Assembly: GCA_036802645.1 (NCBI GenBank)
Contig: DAIRVV010000001.1
Location: forward strand, 1-49,330
From: Steroidobacteraceae bacterium
GTDB lineage: Bacteria; Pseudomonadota; Gammaproteobacteria; Steroidobacterales; Steroidobacteraceae
DNA length: 49,330 bases
Direction of reading: 5' to 3'
Notes under the pieces: generated by a model
Told to the model about the DNA's origin: nothing
Seen by the model: the letters and a program-made list of their open reading frames with translations, nothing else
Databases searched by the model: none
Made by a program: the position numbers and the translations under genes
In this document: piece after piece, positions 9,981 to 19,292 of the stretch
How the letters are laid out: the number at the start of each line of letters is the position of its first letter
How positions within the stretch are numbered: position 1 is the first letter of the stretch

Positions 9981-10017
9981 GGGGGCGTCGTCGACCAACG
10001 GCGGCGCCCCTTTTTTT
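9981..10017 (+). terminator. Intrinsic terminator after the arylsulfatase gene
   Basis: GGGGCGTCG ... CGGCGCCCC forms a 9-bp stem with one G-U pair, followed by TTTTTTT. Confidence 0.6.
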
Positions 10018-10036
10018 ATTCAGCGAGGGGCTATCG

Positions 10037-11011
10037 ATGAAAATTGCATGGATGGCGATGTCCGCATTGTTTATCGCGACGCGGGCATTCGCCGCGGATC
10101 CCCTGCCCTCCTGGAACGACGGCGCCACAAAACAGTCGGTCGTGAAGTTCGTCGAGCGCGTGACCCGCGAGGGCTCCCCCGACTTCGTGCCAATTCCGGA
10201 GCGCATCGCGACTTTCGACAACGACGGCACGCTCTGGGCCGAGCAGCCCATGTACTTCCAGTTGCTGTTTGCGCTCGATCGAGTAAAGGCGCTCGCGCCA
10301 CAGCATCCGGAATGGACGAACCAGGAGCCGTTCGCGTCGCTCCTCAAGGGCGACGTCAAGGGCGCGCTCGCCGGGGGCGAAAAGGCGATCGCCGAAATCG
10401 TGATGGCGACGCATTCCGGCATAACGACCGCGGAGTTCGACAAGGTCGTCAAGGACTGGATCGCCACCGCAAGGCATCCCGTGTCGAAGCAGCCGTACAC
10501 GGCCATGGTCTACCAGCCCATGCTCGAGCTGCTTGGGTACCTGCGCGCCAATGGCTTTAAGACGTTCATCGTCTCGGGCGGCGGCGTCGACTTCATGCGC
10601 GTGTTCGCCGAAGAGGTCTATGGCATTCCGCCCGAACAGGCCGTCGGCAGCAGTGGCAGAGTGAGTTTCGAGTTGCAGGACGGCAAGCCCGTGCTGGTCA
10701 AGCTGCCAGAGATCAATTTCATCGATGACAAGGCCGGCAAGCCGGTCGGAATTCACCAGTACATCGGTCGCCGCCCGATCGCGGCCTTCGGAAACTCCGA
10801 TGGCGACCTCCAGATGTTGCAGTGGACCTGCATCGCCGAAGGCCCGCGCTTCTGCGTCTACGTCCATCACACGGACGCCGCCCGTGAGTGGGCATACGAC
10901 CGCGAGTCGCATATCGGCCGGCTCGACAAGGGGCTCGACGAGGCGAAGGCGCGCGGCTGGACAGTCGTGGACATGAAGCAGGACTGGAAGAAGGTCTTCG
11001 CGTACCAGTGA
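10037..11011 (+). CDS. HAD-superfamily hydrolase, secreted
   Basis: There is a signal peptide, then the HAD motif I FDNDGTLW. Later SGG and GNSDGD motifs are present. Confidence 0.72.
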   Translation: MKIAWMAMSALFIATRAFAADPLPSWNDGATKQSVVKFVERVTREGSPDFVPIPERIATFDNDGTLWAEQPMYFQLLFALDRVKALAPQHPEWTNQEPFASLLKGDVKGALAGGEKAIAEIVMATHSGITTAEFDKVVKDWIATARHPVSKQPYTAMVYQPMLELLGYLRANGFKTFIVSGGGVDFMRVFAEEVYGIPPEQAVGSSGRVSFELQDGKPVLVKLPEINFIDDKAGKPVGIHQYIGRRPIAAFGNSDGDLQMLQWTCIAEGPRFCVYVHHTDAAREWAYDRESHIGRLDKGLDEAKARGWTVVDMKQDWKKVFAYQ

Positions 11012-12171
11012 AGCCAACGTCGGAGGAGCCGCGGGCTCGCGGCACCAGGTGGATTGCCGTGGCCGTGATCGTGGTCGCAGGTGCGGCCGGCATCACCTTT
11101 GCGCTCCTGACGCGCGATCCGCAGGCGCCTCGCGGCGAACCGGCTCCGGCCGTGGACATGGCCGCGATCGCGCCGGCATTCGGCCCGACCAACGCAAACA
11201 CCACGCCACCTCCCAGTCCCGCGCCTGACGGCATGGTCTGGATCCCGGGCGGCGAGTTCTCGATGGGCGCCGTCGATCCGCTCGGCAAGGATGCAAACGT
11301 CGTCGGCATGCAGGCGACCGAGGATTCACGCCCGATTCATCGCGTGTACGTGGACGGCTTCTGGATGGACGAGACGGAAGTCACCAACCAGCAGTTCGCG
11401 GCATTCGTCAAGGCGACGGGTTACGTGACCATTGCAGAGAAGACTCCGCGCGCCGAGGACTATCCGGGTGCGCCGCCCGAGAACCTGGTCGCGGGCTCGG
11501 TGATATTTTCGCCGCCCGATCATGCGGTGCCGCTCGACAATCATTTCCAGTGGTGGGCGTACTCCCGAGGCGCGAACTGGCGTCATCCCGACGGACCTGA
11601 GAGCAACCTGAAGGGGCGCGAAAAGCACCCCGTCCTGCACGTGGCCTATGAAGACGTCGAGGCCTACGCAAAGTGGGCCGGAAAGCGCATTCCCACCGAG
11701 GCGGAATGGGAATTCGCCGCGCGCGGCGGCCTCGCAGGGCAGATCTATCCCTGGGGCAACCAATTCATGAAGGACGGCCAATGGATGGCAAACACCCACC
11801 AGGGTCACTTCCCACAGGAAGACACCAAATCGGATGCATTTCGGAGCGCCGCGCCCGTCGCGCAGTACCCGCCGAATGGCTACGGACTCTACGACGTCGC
11901 CGGCAATGTCTGGGAGTGGACGAGCGACTGGTACCGGCCCGATTACTACACGGATCTCGGGAAATCGGGCGGCGTCGCCCGCAATCCGCTGGGTCCCGCC
12001 GAATCATTCGACCCGGGCGAGCCGGGGGTAGCGAAGCGCGTCCACCGCGGCGGCTCTTTCCTCTGCACCGAGCAGTACTGCTCACGCTACATGGTCGGCA
12101 CGCGCGGCAAGGGCGAGCCGATGACCGGCACGAATCATCTGGGTTTCCGGCTGGTCAAGGCCGCCAGGTAA
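11008..12171 (+). CDS. Formylglycine-generating enzyme (SUMF1/FGE family) with an N-terminal membrane anchor
   Basis: It has RPIHRV.VDGFWMDETEVTN.QF, LPTEAEWEFAARGG, WEWT.DWY and RGGSFLCTEQYCSRY, which carries the C-x4-C catalytic pair. GTG 11008 overlaps the upstream stop (GTGA). The N-terminus has a hydrophobic segment WIAVAVIVVAGAAGITFALL. Confidence 0.82.
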   Translation: MKPTSEEPRARGTRWIAVAVIVVAGAAGITFALLTRDPQAPRGEPAPAVDMAAIAPAFGPTNANTTPPPSPAPDGMVWIPGGEFSMGAVDPLGKDANVVGMQATEDSRPIHRVYVDGFWMDETEVTNQQFAAFVKATGYVTIAEKTPRAEDYPGAPPENLVAGSVIFSPPDHAVPLDNHFQWWAYSRGANWRHPDGPESNLKGREKHPVLHVAYEDVEAYAKWAGKRIPTEAEWEFAARGGLAGQIYPWGNQFMKDGQWMANTHQGHFPQEDTKSDAFRSAAPVAQYPPNGYGLYDVAGNVWEWTSDWYRPDYYTDLGKSGGVARNPLGPAESFDPGEPGVAKRVHRGGSFLCTEQYCSRYMVGTRGKGEPMTGTNHLGFRLVKAAR

Positions 12172-12172
12172 C

Positions 12173-12607
12173 ATGAAGACACTCCTTGCGGCATTGTTGA
12201 TCAACGCGGCAGCGCCGGTCGCCGCAAGCGCGCTTTCTGCCGACGAGGCGGCAGTCGTCGATGTCCTGAATACGATGTACGTCGCAGCGGCGACCGACGA
12301 TCTCGCCAAGTTCCGCACGGTCGCGGCCCCCGGCTTCTATTCGTTTGACGGCGGCAAGCGCTTCACCGGCGATGAGCTGATGGCCTTCATCAAGCAATTG
12401 CACGCCGACGGCAAGGTATACGTGTGGACCGTCAATGAGCCCGAAGTCCACATCGACGGCAACACGGCATGGATCACCTACGTCAATCGCGGCTCGGTTG
12501 CGGATTCGACCGGAAAGAAGGACGTGACCTGGCTGGAGTCGGCAGTGCTGCACAAATATGACAATAGATGGATGATTCATTTCTTCCACAGCACTCGGGC
12601 GCCTTGA
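12173..12607 (+). CDS. NTF2-like (SnoaL/DUF4440-like) protein with signal peptide
   Basis: Assignment rests on the signal peptide, a size of about 140 aa, and a C-terminal W....H.S pattern typical of NTF2-like folds. Confidence 0.55.
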   Translation: MKTLLAALLINAAAPVAASALSADEAAVVDVLNTMYVAAATDDLAKFRTVAAPGFYSFDGGKRFTGDELMAFIKQLHADGKVYVWTVNEPEVHIDGNTAWITYVNRGSVADSTGKKDVTWLESAVLHKYDNRWMIHFFHSTRAP

Positions 12608-12999
12608 AGAAGTCGAGCGTAGCCACGAGCCCGGATGCCTATGTCGCTGCCCTGACCGGCTGGCGGCGCAAATGCGTCGCAGGCCTTCGCGCCGGCGTCC
12701 GCGCCGCGGCCACATTAGACGAGGCAATCAAGTGGGGACACCTCGTCTATTCGGTGAACGGCCCGGTCCTCTACATTCGCGCGGAGGACTCGAGAGTGCT
12801 GTTCGGATTCTGGCGCGGGAAAAGGCTCCGTACGATCGAGCCACGACTGAAACAAAGCGGAAATTACGAATTGGCCACCGTCGAATTGATCGAAAACGAC
12901 GCCCTTGCACCGGGCATCGTTCGCCGCCTGAGCCGTGAAGCCGTCGCGCTCAACAAGAAACTCGGCGACCCCAGAGCGGCTGCCAAACGCCCGCGCTGA
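12604..12999 (+). CDS. DUF1801 (YdhG-like) domain protein
   Basis: It has Y...L..W ... IKWGHLVYS.NGP. The start is uncertain: either TTG 12604, overlapping the upstream stop, or ATG 12568. Confidence 0.65.
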   Translation: MKKSSVATSPDAYVAALTGWRRKCVAGLRAGVRAAATLDEAIKWGHLVYSVNGPVLYIRAEDSRVLFGFWRGKRLRTIEPRLKQSGNYELATVELIENDALAPGIVRRLSREAVALNKKLGDPRAAAKRPR

Positions 13000-13072
13000 T
13001 CCTGCATTGCGCGCCGCTGAACGGTTAATATGGCCGTTCAGGGATCCCCAATTCGATTCGAGGAGTCTGGTC

Positions 13073-13372
13073 TTGCCGAAGCAGATCGATGGGTCGTTCT
13101 ATGAACGCGCAGATGCCCATATACGCGTTGCAACCGAGCAACTGGGCGAAGTTCCGAGCGGCAGGGTCAGCGCCTCGCTGATGTACGCCTGCGCGCGATT
13201 CAATGTCTGGGTCGGCGCAGGCGGCCGGACGTCCCCGGCGGAAGTCCGCAAAGCCTATGGCGAGACGATCGAGTATTTCGTCTCCGAGTACCGGAAGATG
13301 CTCGTGAAGAACCTCGACGACTACGTCGAGAACTTTGACCAGTACGCGCCGAAGGTCCCGGATCGAAACTAG
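13073..13372 (+). CDS. DUF3144 family protein
   Basis: FYERADAHI..A.E......V.ASLMYA.ARFN ... EYF..EYRKML is DUF3144-like. The start is TTG, preceded by GAGGAG. Confidence 0.62.
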   Translation: MPKQIDGSFYERADAHIRVATEQLGEVPSGRVSASLMYACARFNVWVGAGGRTSPAEVRKAYGETIEYFVSEYRKMLVKNLDDYVENFDQYAPKVPDRN

Positions 13373-13386
13373 GCGAGGATCGAACG

Positions 13387-14124
13387 GTGCCGTTTATCGT
13401 CATCTCGGTCCTGATCCAGCTGGCGCTCGTCGTTCACATCATCAAGACGGGACGCAACACGTCCTGGGTCTTCATCGTCCTGATCTTTCCGCTCATCGGT
13501 TCCCTCGCCTACGCGATCGTCGAGCTTCTCCCCGAATGGACCGGCAGCCGCACGGCGCGCAAGGCAAAGCGCAACATCGCGAATGCGATCAATCCCGAGC
13601 GCGAGCTGCGCGAGGCGATCGATCGCTACGAGGTCGCGAATACCGTGCAGAACGCCATGCACCTGGCCGGGCTGTACCTGCAGCACGGCAATCACTTCGA
13701 AGCCAGGCAGCTCTACCAGCGCATGCTGTCCGGCGTGCACGCCGACGATCCGGAGCTGCTGCTTGGCCTTGCCAAAGCGCATTTCTGCCTTCGGGAATAC
13801 GACGATGCACTCAGCCGCCTCGACCTGTTGAAGGAAAGGCATCCGGACCGCACGTCGCCGGACGGCCATCTGCTCTACGCCCGTGCGCTCCAGGAAGCCG
13901 GACGGATCCCGGACGCCATCAAGGAGTACGAGTCGCTGGTCTCGTACTACCCGGGGCCGGAGCCCGCGTGCCGCTACGCGATGATCCTCAAGGATCGCGG
14001 CGATCCCGAGCGTGCGCGCACTCTGCTCGAAGGTGTCGTCAAGTCCGCCAGTCGTTCCGGCAAGCACTACAACACGCTGAACAAGGAATGGGTGACCCTC
14101 GCGCGGCGTGAGACCCAGGGCTAG
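13387..14124 (+). CDS. Membrane protein with a PLD-nuclease N-terminal-like domain plus TPR repeats
   Basis: The N-terminal two-helix hydrophobic segment (HIIKTGRN..W..IVL.FP.IGSLAY) is followed by TPR-like helical repeats. The start is GTG. Confidence 0.6.
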   Translation: MPFIVISVLIQLALVVHIIKTGRNTSWVFIVLIFPLIGSLAYAIVELLPEWTGSRTARKAKRNIANAINPERELREAIDRYEVANTVQNAMHLAGLYLQHGNHFEARQLYQRMLSGVHADDPELLLGLAKAHFCLREYDDALSRLDLLKERHPDRTSPDGHLLYARALQEAGRIPDAIKEYESLVSYYPGPEPACRYAMILKDRGDPERARTLLEGVVKSASRSGKHYNTLNKEWVTLARRETQG

Positions 14125-14126
14125 CG

Positions 14127-14525
14127 ATGCGGAAGACCTACCATGGAAGCTGTCACTGCGGCGCGGTCAAGTTCGAAGCGGACCTGGACCTGACGCAAAG
14201 TTCGTATCGCTGCAACTGTTCCATCTGCCGGCGCACGCGCTTCTGGCCCGTAATCGCGATGCCCGAGGGATTCCGCCGGCTTTCCGGCGAGGGCGAGCTG
14301 ACGAAGTACGTATTCAACACGAAGAATAACCATCACTACTTCTGCAGGCACTGTGGCGTCCGCGCCTTTGGCGTCGGCAATGAAACGCCGATAGGCAAGA
14401 TGTATGGCGTCAATCTCGGCTGCCTGACCGATGTCACCGATCAGGAGTTGGCGCAGATCCCGATCACCTACGTCGACGGGCGCAACGACCGGCAGGGTGT
14501 TCCGGAGTTCTTCAGTCACCTGTGA
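14127..14525 (+). CDS. GFA (glutathione-dependent formaldehyde-activating / CENP-V) family protein
   Basis: It has the GSCHCG...F ... CNCSIC ... FCRHCG zinc-cysteine pattern. Confidence 0.85.
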   Translation: MRKTYHGSCHCGAVKFEADLDLTQSSYRCNCSICRRTRFWPVIAMPEGFRRLSGEGELTKYVFNTKNNHHYFCRHCGVRAFGVGNETPIGKMYGVNLGCLTDVTDQELAQIPITYVDGRNDRQGVPEFFSHL

Positions 14526-14609
14526 TCCAGCGCGTCGATCCTGACGCCGACGACCCTGCGGGAAACTCGAGCGACGAACATTTCCCGCCAAGGCCGTCCG
14601 GACGATTAC

Positions 14610-15023
14610 TCAGCTGGGCTTGGACGAGTGGGACATGTTCCGCGGCTGCAGCATCGCAACGCGGTTGCCTTCCGTATCGACGAACGACACGTAATGGCCG
14701 ACTCCGGGTATCTCTTCAGGATCGCCGAGCACGTGCCCGCCAGCCTTGTTGACCTTTTTCGCGGCATCCTGGATGTCTTGGACGGCGATGACGACGGAAG
14801 GATACTGCTCGGGCCAGTCTGACTTTTTGGCGTAGAAACCGCCGTTGATCGTGCCGGGCACTTTCGGGCGCCGGTCCTTGTCGGTCGATGTCGTCATCGC
14901 GACGACATACCTGCCCATGTCCTCGCCGAGCAGCTCCGTCTTCCAGCCAAATGCGGTCCCATAAAACTTCGCCATGCGCTCACGATTGTCGTAGGGCATT
15001 TCAAAGTGAACGACAGGATTCAT
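14610..15023 (-). CDS. VOC (glyoxalase/bleomycin-resistance) family protein
   Basis: It has HFEMPYDN.ERM.KFY...FGW and a C-terminal F.D.EGN...M. Confidence 0.85.
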   Translation of the reverse strand: MNPVVHFEMPYDNRERMAKFYGTAFGWKTELLGEDMGRYVVAMTTSTDKDRRPKVPGTINGGFYAKKSDWPEQYPSVVIAVQDIQDAAKKVNKAGGHVLGDPEEIPGVGHYVSFVDTEGNRVAMLQPRNMSHSSKPS

Positions 15024-15155
15024 GAATGTACCTCCTTGTAATTCCTCGCAAATGTCCTTCTCTTAGAGCGCGACTTGCGGGGATCGTTCAACAGCAGAAA
15101 CTTTCCGCCGCCCTCCGTGAAAGATAAAGTGCGCTGTGGCCAAATCGGGCGTCGC

Positions 15156-15644
15156 ATGAATCAAATCATTCGGGCGATCGCGCTGGTCGTTGCTAGCCTT
15201 GCCGCGTGGACGGTCGGTGCGGCCGACAGCAGCCTCGTCGGAGCCTGGCGCTCATCGCTTCAGTTCGAGACCGGAGCCTTCGCGGCGATCAGGAATCTCG
15301 AGTTCATGTACGTCTTCAATGCCGGTGGGACGCTGACCGAATCCTCCAACTACGACGGCGCACCGCCGGTCCCGCCGGCCTACGGTGTCTGGCGCGAGGT
15401 CGGCCCGAACGAGTTCGAGGCGAAATACGAGTATTTCGCGACCACGCCGTCAGTCCAGGACGAATTCCTGAAAGGCGCGGGGTGGCTGCCGGCCGGCCGC
15501 GGTGTGTTCTCGGAACGCATCAAGCTGTCGCCCGATGGCCGCAGCTTTACGTCCACAATCCGTTACCAGGCGCTCAATGAGCGCGGCGAGCCCGTGGAGG
15601 GCGGCGGCGAAGCCATAGGGCGAGCCGAAAGAATAGGATTCTGA
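15156..15644 (+). CDS. Secreted hypothetical protein
   Basis: There is a signal peptide (ALVVASLAAWTVGAA). GC3-rich coding continues up to the amidohydrolase gene. I assign no family. Confidence 0.5.
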   Translation: MNQIIRAIALVVASLAAWTVGAADSSLVGAWRSSLQFETGAFAAIRNLEFMYVFNAGGTLTESSNYDGAPPVPPAYGVWREVGPNEFEAKYEYFATTPSVQDEFLKGAGWLPAGRGVFSERIKLSPDGRSFTSTIRYQALNERGEPVEGGGEAIGRAERIGF

Positions 15645-15648
15645 AACC

Positions 15649-17328
15649 TTGATTTCACGACGCGAACTGATTCGCGAGGCCGGCGCCCTCGCCAGCCTCC
15701 CCCTGTTGACCGGGCCGGCGATCGCCGCGCTGTCGCGTCAGCAGCCCGACGTGATCCTGCACAACGGCCACGTCATCACCATCGATCCGCGCAACCCGAG
15801 CGCCGAAGCCATCGCGATTGCAGGCGATCGTGTTCTCGCCGTCGGGACGAACGACGAGATCGCGGGTCTCGCGGGCAGCGGCACGAGGAAGTTTGACGTC
15901 GGCGGCAGTACCGTCGTTCCGGGATTCATCGACGCACACACGCACGTCGCGTACTCGGGCAGGCGCCACCTCCGCTTTGTAGACTGCGACCTGCGCTCGA
16001 TCGGCGCAATCCAGGACGCGATCCGCGTGCGCGCGGGCAAGACACCCGAGGGCGAGTGGATCGTTGGATTCAAGTACGACGACACCAAGACCGCGGAGCG
16101 CCGGTTCCTGACGCGCGCCGATCTCGACACGGCGGCGCCGAAGCATCCGGTCTATATCCTGCACCGCGGCGGGCACACCGGGTATGTCAATTCGCTCGCA
16201 TTCAGCCGCATCGGCGTGTCGGAATCCTCCCCCGATCCGTCAGGCGGCAAGTTCGGGCGCGACGCATCGGGTCGCCTCACGGGACGCCTGATGGAGCGCG
16301 CCACCGCTCCATTCGAGGAGAAGATTCCCGCATTCGGCGCTTACAGCCGCGAAGAGGACCGGCAGGCGGTCAAGCTCATCTCGGCGATGTTCGCCAGGAC
16401 CGGCGTCACGTCGGCGACCGACGCCTATGCGACGCCCGAGGATCTGCGCGCCTACCAGGACACGCATGCTGCCGGCGAACTGCGGACCCGGCTCTACTGC
16501 ATGATCGGGTCGGACCACATCGACCGGATGCTCAATGCCGGCGTGCGAACGGGCCTCGGCAACGAATGGGTGCGCGTCGGCGGCATGAAGATGACCTGCG
16601 ACGGCTCCATCTCGGAACGGACCGCGCGGCTCTCGCAGCCATACGTCGGCCGGCCGGATGATTACGGCATCATCGTCACGCCGGAGGAAGAGCTGTACGC
16701 CACCGCGCGCAAGGCTCACGAAGCCGACTGGCAGATCGGAATTCATGCAAACGGCGACGTGGGCATCGGCATCGTCGTCGGGATCTACGAACGGCTCCAG
16801 CGCGAATTACCCCGCCGCGACCCGCGCTTCCGGATCGAACATTGCACGATTATCAACGACGACCTCGTGCGGCGGATACGCGCGCTCAACATCATCCCAA
16901 CGCCGTTTTCGACTTACGTGTACTTCCACGGCGAGAAAATGCAGGAATACGGGGAAGAAAGGCTGAACTGGATGTTCGCGCATCGCAGCTTCCTCGACGC
17001 AGGCGTCATGGTCACGGAGGCATCGGACTATCCGCCGGGCCCGTTCGAACCCATGATGGCGCTGCAATCGATGGTGACGAGGACGGATATCAATGGTCAC
17101 GTCTGGGGTCCGCGCCAGCGGATCACCGTCGAGGAAGCGCTCAAGGTCGCAACGCTGCACGGGGCTTACGCCTCATTCGAGGAGCATGAGAAAGGCTCGA
17201 TCGAAGCCGGGAAACTCGCCGACCTTGTCGTGCTCGGCCGCAATCCGCTGACCGAGGATCCGTCGAACCTGATCTCGATCCCGATCGAGAGGACGATGGT
17301 CGGCGGTCAATGGGTTTACGAATCATGA
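15649..17328 (+). CDS. Amidohydrolase-3 (YtcJ-like metal-dependent hydrolase) with twin-arginine signal
   Basis: The N-terminus has SRRELI in a Tat-like signal. It also has GFIDAHTH and an H.NGD block typical of Amidohydro_3. Confidence 0.85.
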   Translation: MISRRELIREAGALASLPLLTGPAIAALSRQQPDVILHNGHVITIDPRNPSAEAIAIAGDRVLAVGTNDEIAGLAGSGTRKFDVGGSTVVPGFIDAHTHVAYSGRRHLRFVDCDLRSIGAIQDAIRVRAGKTPEGEWIVGFKYDDTKTAERRFLTRADLDTAAPKHPVYILHRGGHTGYVNSLAFSRIGVSESSPDPSGGKFGRDASGRLTGRLMERATAPFEEKIPAFGAYSREEDRQAVKLISAMFARTGVTSATDAYATPEDLRAYQDTHAAGELRTRLYCMIGSDHIDRMLNAGVRTGLGNEWVRVGGMKMTCDGSISERTARLSQPYVGRPDDYGIIVTPEEELYATARKAHEADWQIGIHANGDVGIGIVVGIYERLQRELPRRDPRFRIEHCTIINDDLVRRIRALNIIPTPFSTYVYFHGEKMQEYGEERLNWMFAHRSFLDAGVMVTEASDYPPGPFEPMMALQSMVTRTDINGHVWGPRQRITVEEALKVATLHGAYASFEEHEKGSIEAGKLADLVVLGRNPLTEDPSNLISIPIERTMVGGQWVYES

Positions 17329-18002
17329 AGAAGGATCTGTTGGCGTCGCGCCGCGACATTCTCGGAGCCACGGTCGCGGTCGGCGGCTTCGCCGCTGCGA
17401 GTCCATGGCAGCGCGCGCTGGCTGCTGCAGTGATCACGCCGACGCAGACGACGGGGCCGTTCTATCCGGTCACCCGGCCGCTCGACAGCGACTCCGACCT
17501 CACGCTCGTAAGAGGCCGGTCGGGCCGCGCCGAGGGGAAGATCGTCCACTTGATGGGCCACGTCATCGACCAGAACGGCGCGCCGGTGCGCGATGCGAAG
17601 ATCGAGCTCTGGCAGTGCAACGCCCGGGGCCGCTACGCGCACCCGGCCGACGTCAATCCGGCGCCGCTCGATCCGAATTTCCAGGGCTTCGGCGTGCAGA
17701 CGACGGATGCCAAGGGCGAATATCGCTTCAAGACCATCAAGCCCGCCGCCTACCCGCTCGGACCCATGAATCCCGATGCGATCCGGACGCCACACATCCA
17801 TTTCGATATCGCGGGCGCCAATACCCGTCTCGTGACCCAGATGTACTTCCCGGGCGAGGCCGAAAACGACGGGGACATCATCTTCGGCCGCCTGTCAGCC
17901 GAGGAGCGCGTCGCCGCGACAGCGAAGATCCTCCCACCCTCCGCCGGCCTCGAACCGGATTCGACGATCGCGCGCTGGGACATCGTGCTGCTCGCGGGAT
18001 GA
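17325..18002 (+). CDS. Intradiol ring-cleavage dioxygenase (protocatechuate 3,4-dioxygenase beta-like) with twin-arginine signal
   Basis: It has a SRRDIL Tat-like signal, TTGPFYP, ELWQCNA.GRY.H, YRF.TIKP..YP and PHIHF. The start overlaps the upstream stop (ATGA). Confidence 0.85.
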   Translation: MKKDLLASRRDILGATVAVGGFAAASPWQRALAAAVITPTQTTGPFYPVTRPLDSDSDLTLVRGRSGRAEGKIVHLMGHVIDQNGAPVRDAKIELWQCNARGRYAHPADVNPAPLDPNFQGFGVQTTDAKGEYRFKTIKPAAYPLGPMNPDAIRTPHIHFDIAGANTRLVTQMYFPGEAENDGDIIFGRLSAEERVAATAKILPPSAGLEPDSTIARWDIVLLAG

Positions 18003-18472
18003 AGTTCCAGCCATTCGACGACTCGCATCTTCCGGAGCTGATGGGCTGGTTCCGGAATGCCGACGAGACCCGGACCTGGGGCGGCCCGCCATTCCGGTTT
18101 CCGTTCACCGAAGCGACTTTCCGGGAAGACGCGAAGCTCTCGGCCCTGCCCACGTGGTCGCTCGTCGAAGACGACGGAACCCTCGCTGCCTTCGGCCAGT
18201 GTTATCTCCGGGTCGAACGATGCCATTTTGGACGGTTGGCAGTGTCGCCGAAACAGCGCGGCCGCGGTATCGGGACCACGCTCATTCGGGAGCAGGCGCG
18301 CTGGGGCTCGGCGGAATTCGGCGTGAGCGAATTCTCGCTGTTCGTCATTGCGAGCAACCCGCGTGCGATTGCACTCTACCGGCGGCTCGGATTCTCCGAG
18401 ATGCCGTATCCGGAACCGTCGCCCGAGCTCGAGACCTTCATATATATGGTGGCGACGAAGCTCACGGATTGA
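17999..18472 (+). CDS. GNAT family N-acetyltransferase
   Basis: It has the Q/RxxGxG/A motif (KQRGRGIGTTL) and ALY.RLGF. The start overlaps the dioxygenase gene stop (ATGA). Confidence 0.8.
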   Translation: MKFQPFDDSHLPELMGWFRNADETRTWGGPPFRFPFTEATFREDAKLSALPTWSLVEDDGTLAAFGQCYLRVERCHFGRLAVSPKQRGRGIGTTLIREQARWGSAEFGVSEFSLFVIASNPRAIALYRRLGFSEMPYPEPSPELETFIYMVATKLTD

Positions 18473-18498
18473 CCGTTATTTCTTCAGGTACGACCCGC

Positions 18499-18813
18499 AT
18501 GTTGCTGGATGATGTCCGCCGGATGGCAATGACCCTGCTTGGCACGACCGAGTCGCCACACCATCGGTATACCTCGTTCCGCGTGCGCGGCCGGATCTAT
18601 GCGACGGCGCCGATGGAAGGCGGCACGCTGCACGTATTCGTCGACGAGGAGGACCGCGATCGCATGGTCGTCCTGTACCCGGCCACCTATGAGAAGCTCG
18701 GCTGGGGCAGGAAGATCGTTGGCCTTCGGGTGAAGCTGGACAGTGCGCGGCCCGACGACGTGCGGGCGTTGCTTCGCATCGCCTGGCAGAGAAAACTGGG
18801 CAAGCGGTCATGA
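18499..18813 (+). CDS. MmcQ/YjbR-like protein
   Basis: It is about 104 aa with the pattern ...E.PHH..TSFRVRG.I.A, as in YjbR-family proteins. The start is the internal ATG of ORF 18154..18813. Confidence 0.55.
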   Translation: MLLDDVRRMAMTLLGTTESPHHRYTSFRVRGRIYATAPMEGGTLHVFVDEEDRDRMVVLYPATYEKLGWGRKIVGLRVKLDSARPDDVRALLRIAWQRKLGKRS

Positions 18814-19274
18814 CCATTGACATCCACCCGATCGAAAGCAGGGACATTCCATCCCTGCTGCGGCTCGTCGAGGAATACTGGCGATTCGAAGACATCTCCG
18901 ATTTCGATCCGGCGCGGGTCACGGTCGAGCTCAAACGCCTGCTGGCGGACCCGTCGCTCGGCAGCGGCTGGATGGCCAGCTCCGGCCGGGATGCTGCGGG
19001 TTACCTGCTCGCCGTCTACGTGTTCAGCCTCGAGCACCTCGGTCTCACCGCCGAGATCGACGAGTTCTTCGTGCTGCCGTCGTATCGGGGCCGCGAGATC
19101 GGGTCGAGGCTGTTGAAGATGGCTGAGGAAGAATTCGTTCGCCGGCGGTGCACCAATGTCTCGCTCCAGCTCGGGCGCGGGAACGAAAAGGCGCGGATTT
19201 TCTATCGGCAGCATGGCTACGACGAGCGCTCGGGCTTCGAGTTGCTGGACAAAATGCTGCCGCGCAGTACATAA
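18810..19274 (+). CDS. GNAT family N-acetyltransferase
   Basis: It has YRGREIGSRLL and FY...GY. The start overlaps the upstream stop (ATGA). Confidence 0.85.
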   Translation: MTIDIHPIESRDIPSLLRLVEEYWRFEDISDFDPARVTVELKRLLADPSLGSGWMASSGRDAAGYLLAVYVFSLEHLGLTAEIDEFFVLPSYRGREIGSRLLKMAEEEFVRRRCTNVSLQLGRGNEKARIFYRQHGYDERSGFELLDKMLPRST

Positions 19275-19292
19275 CTGCGTAGGGGGGTCACC

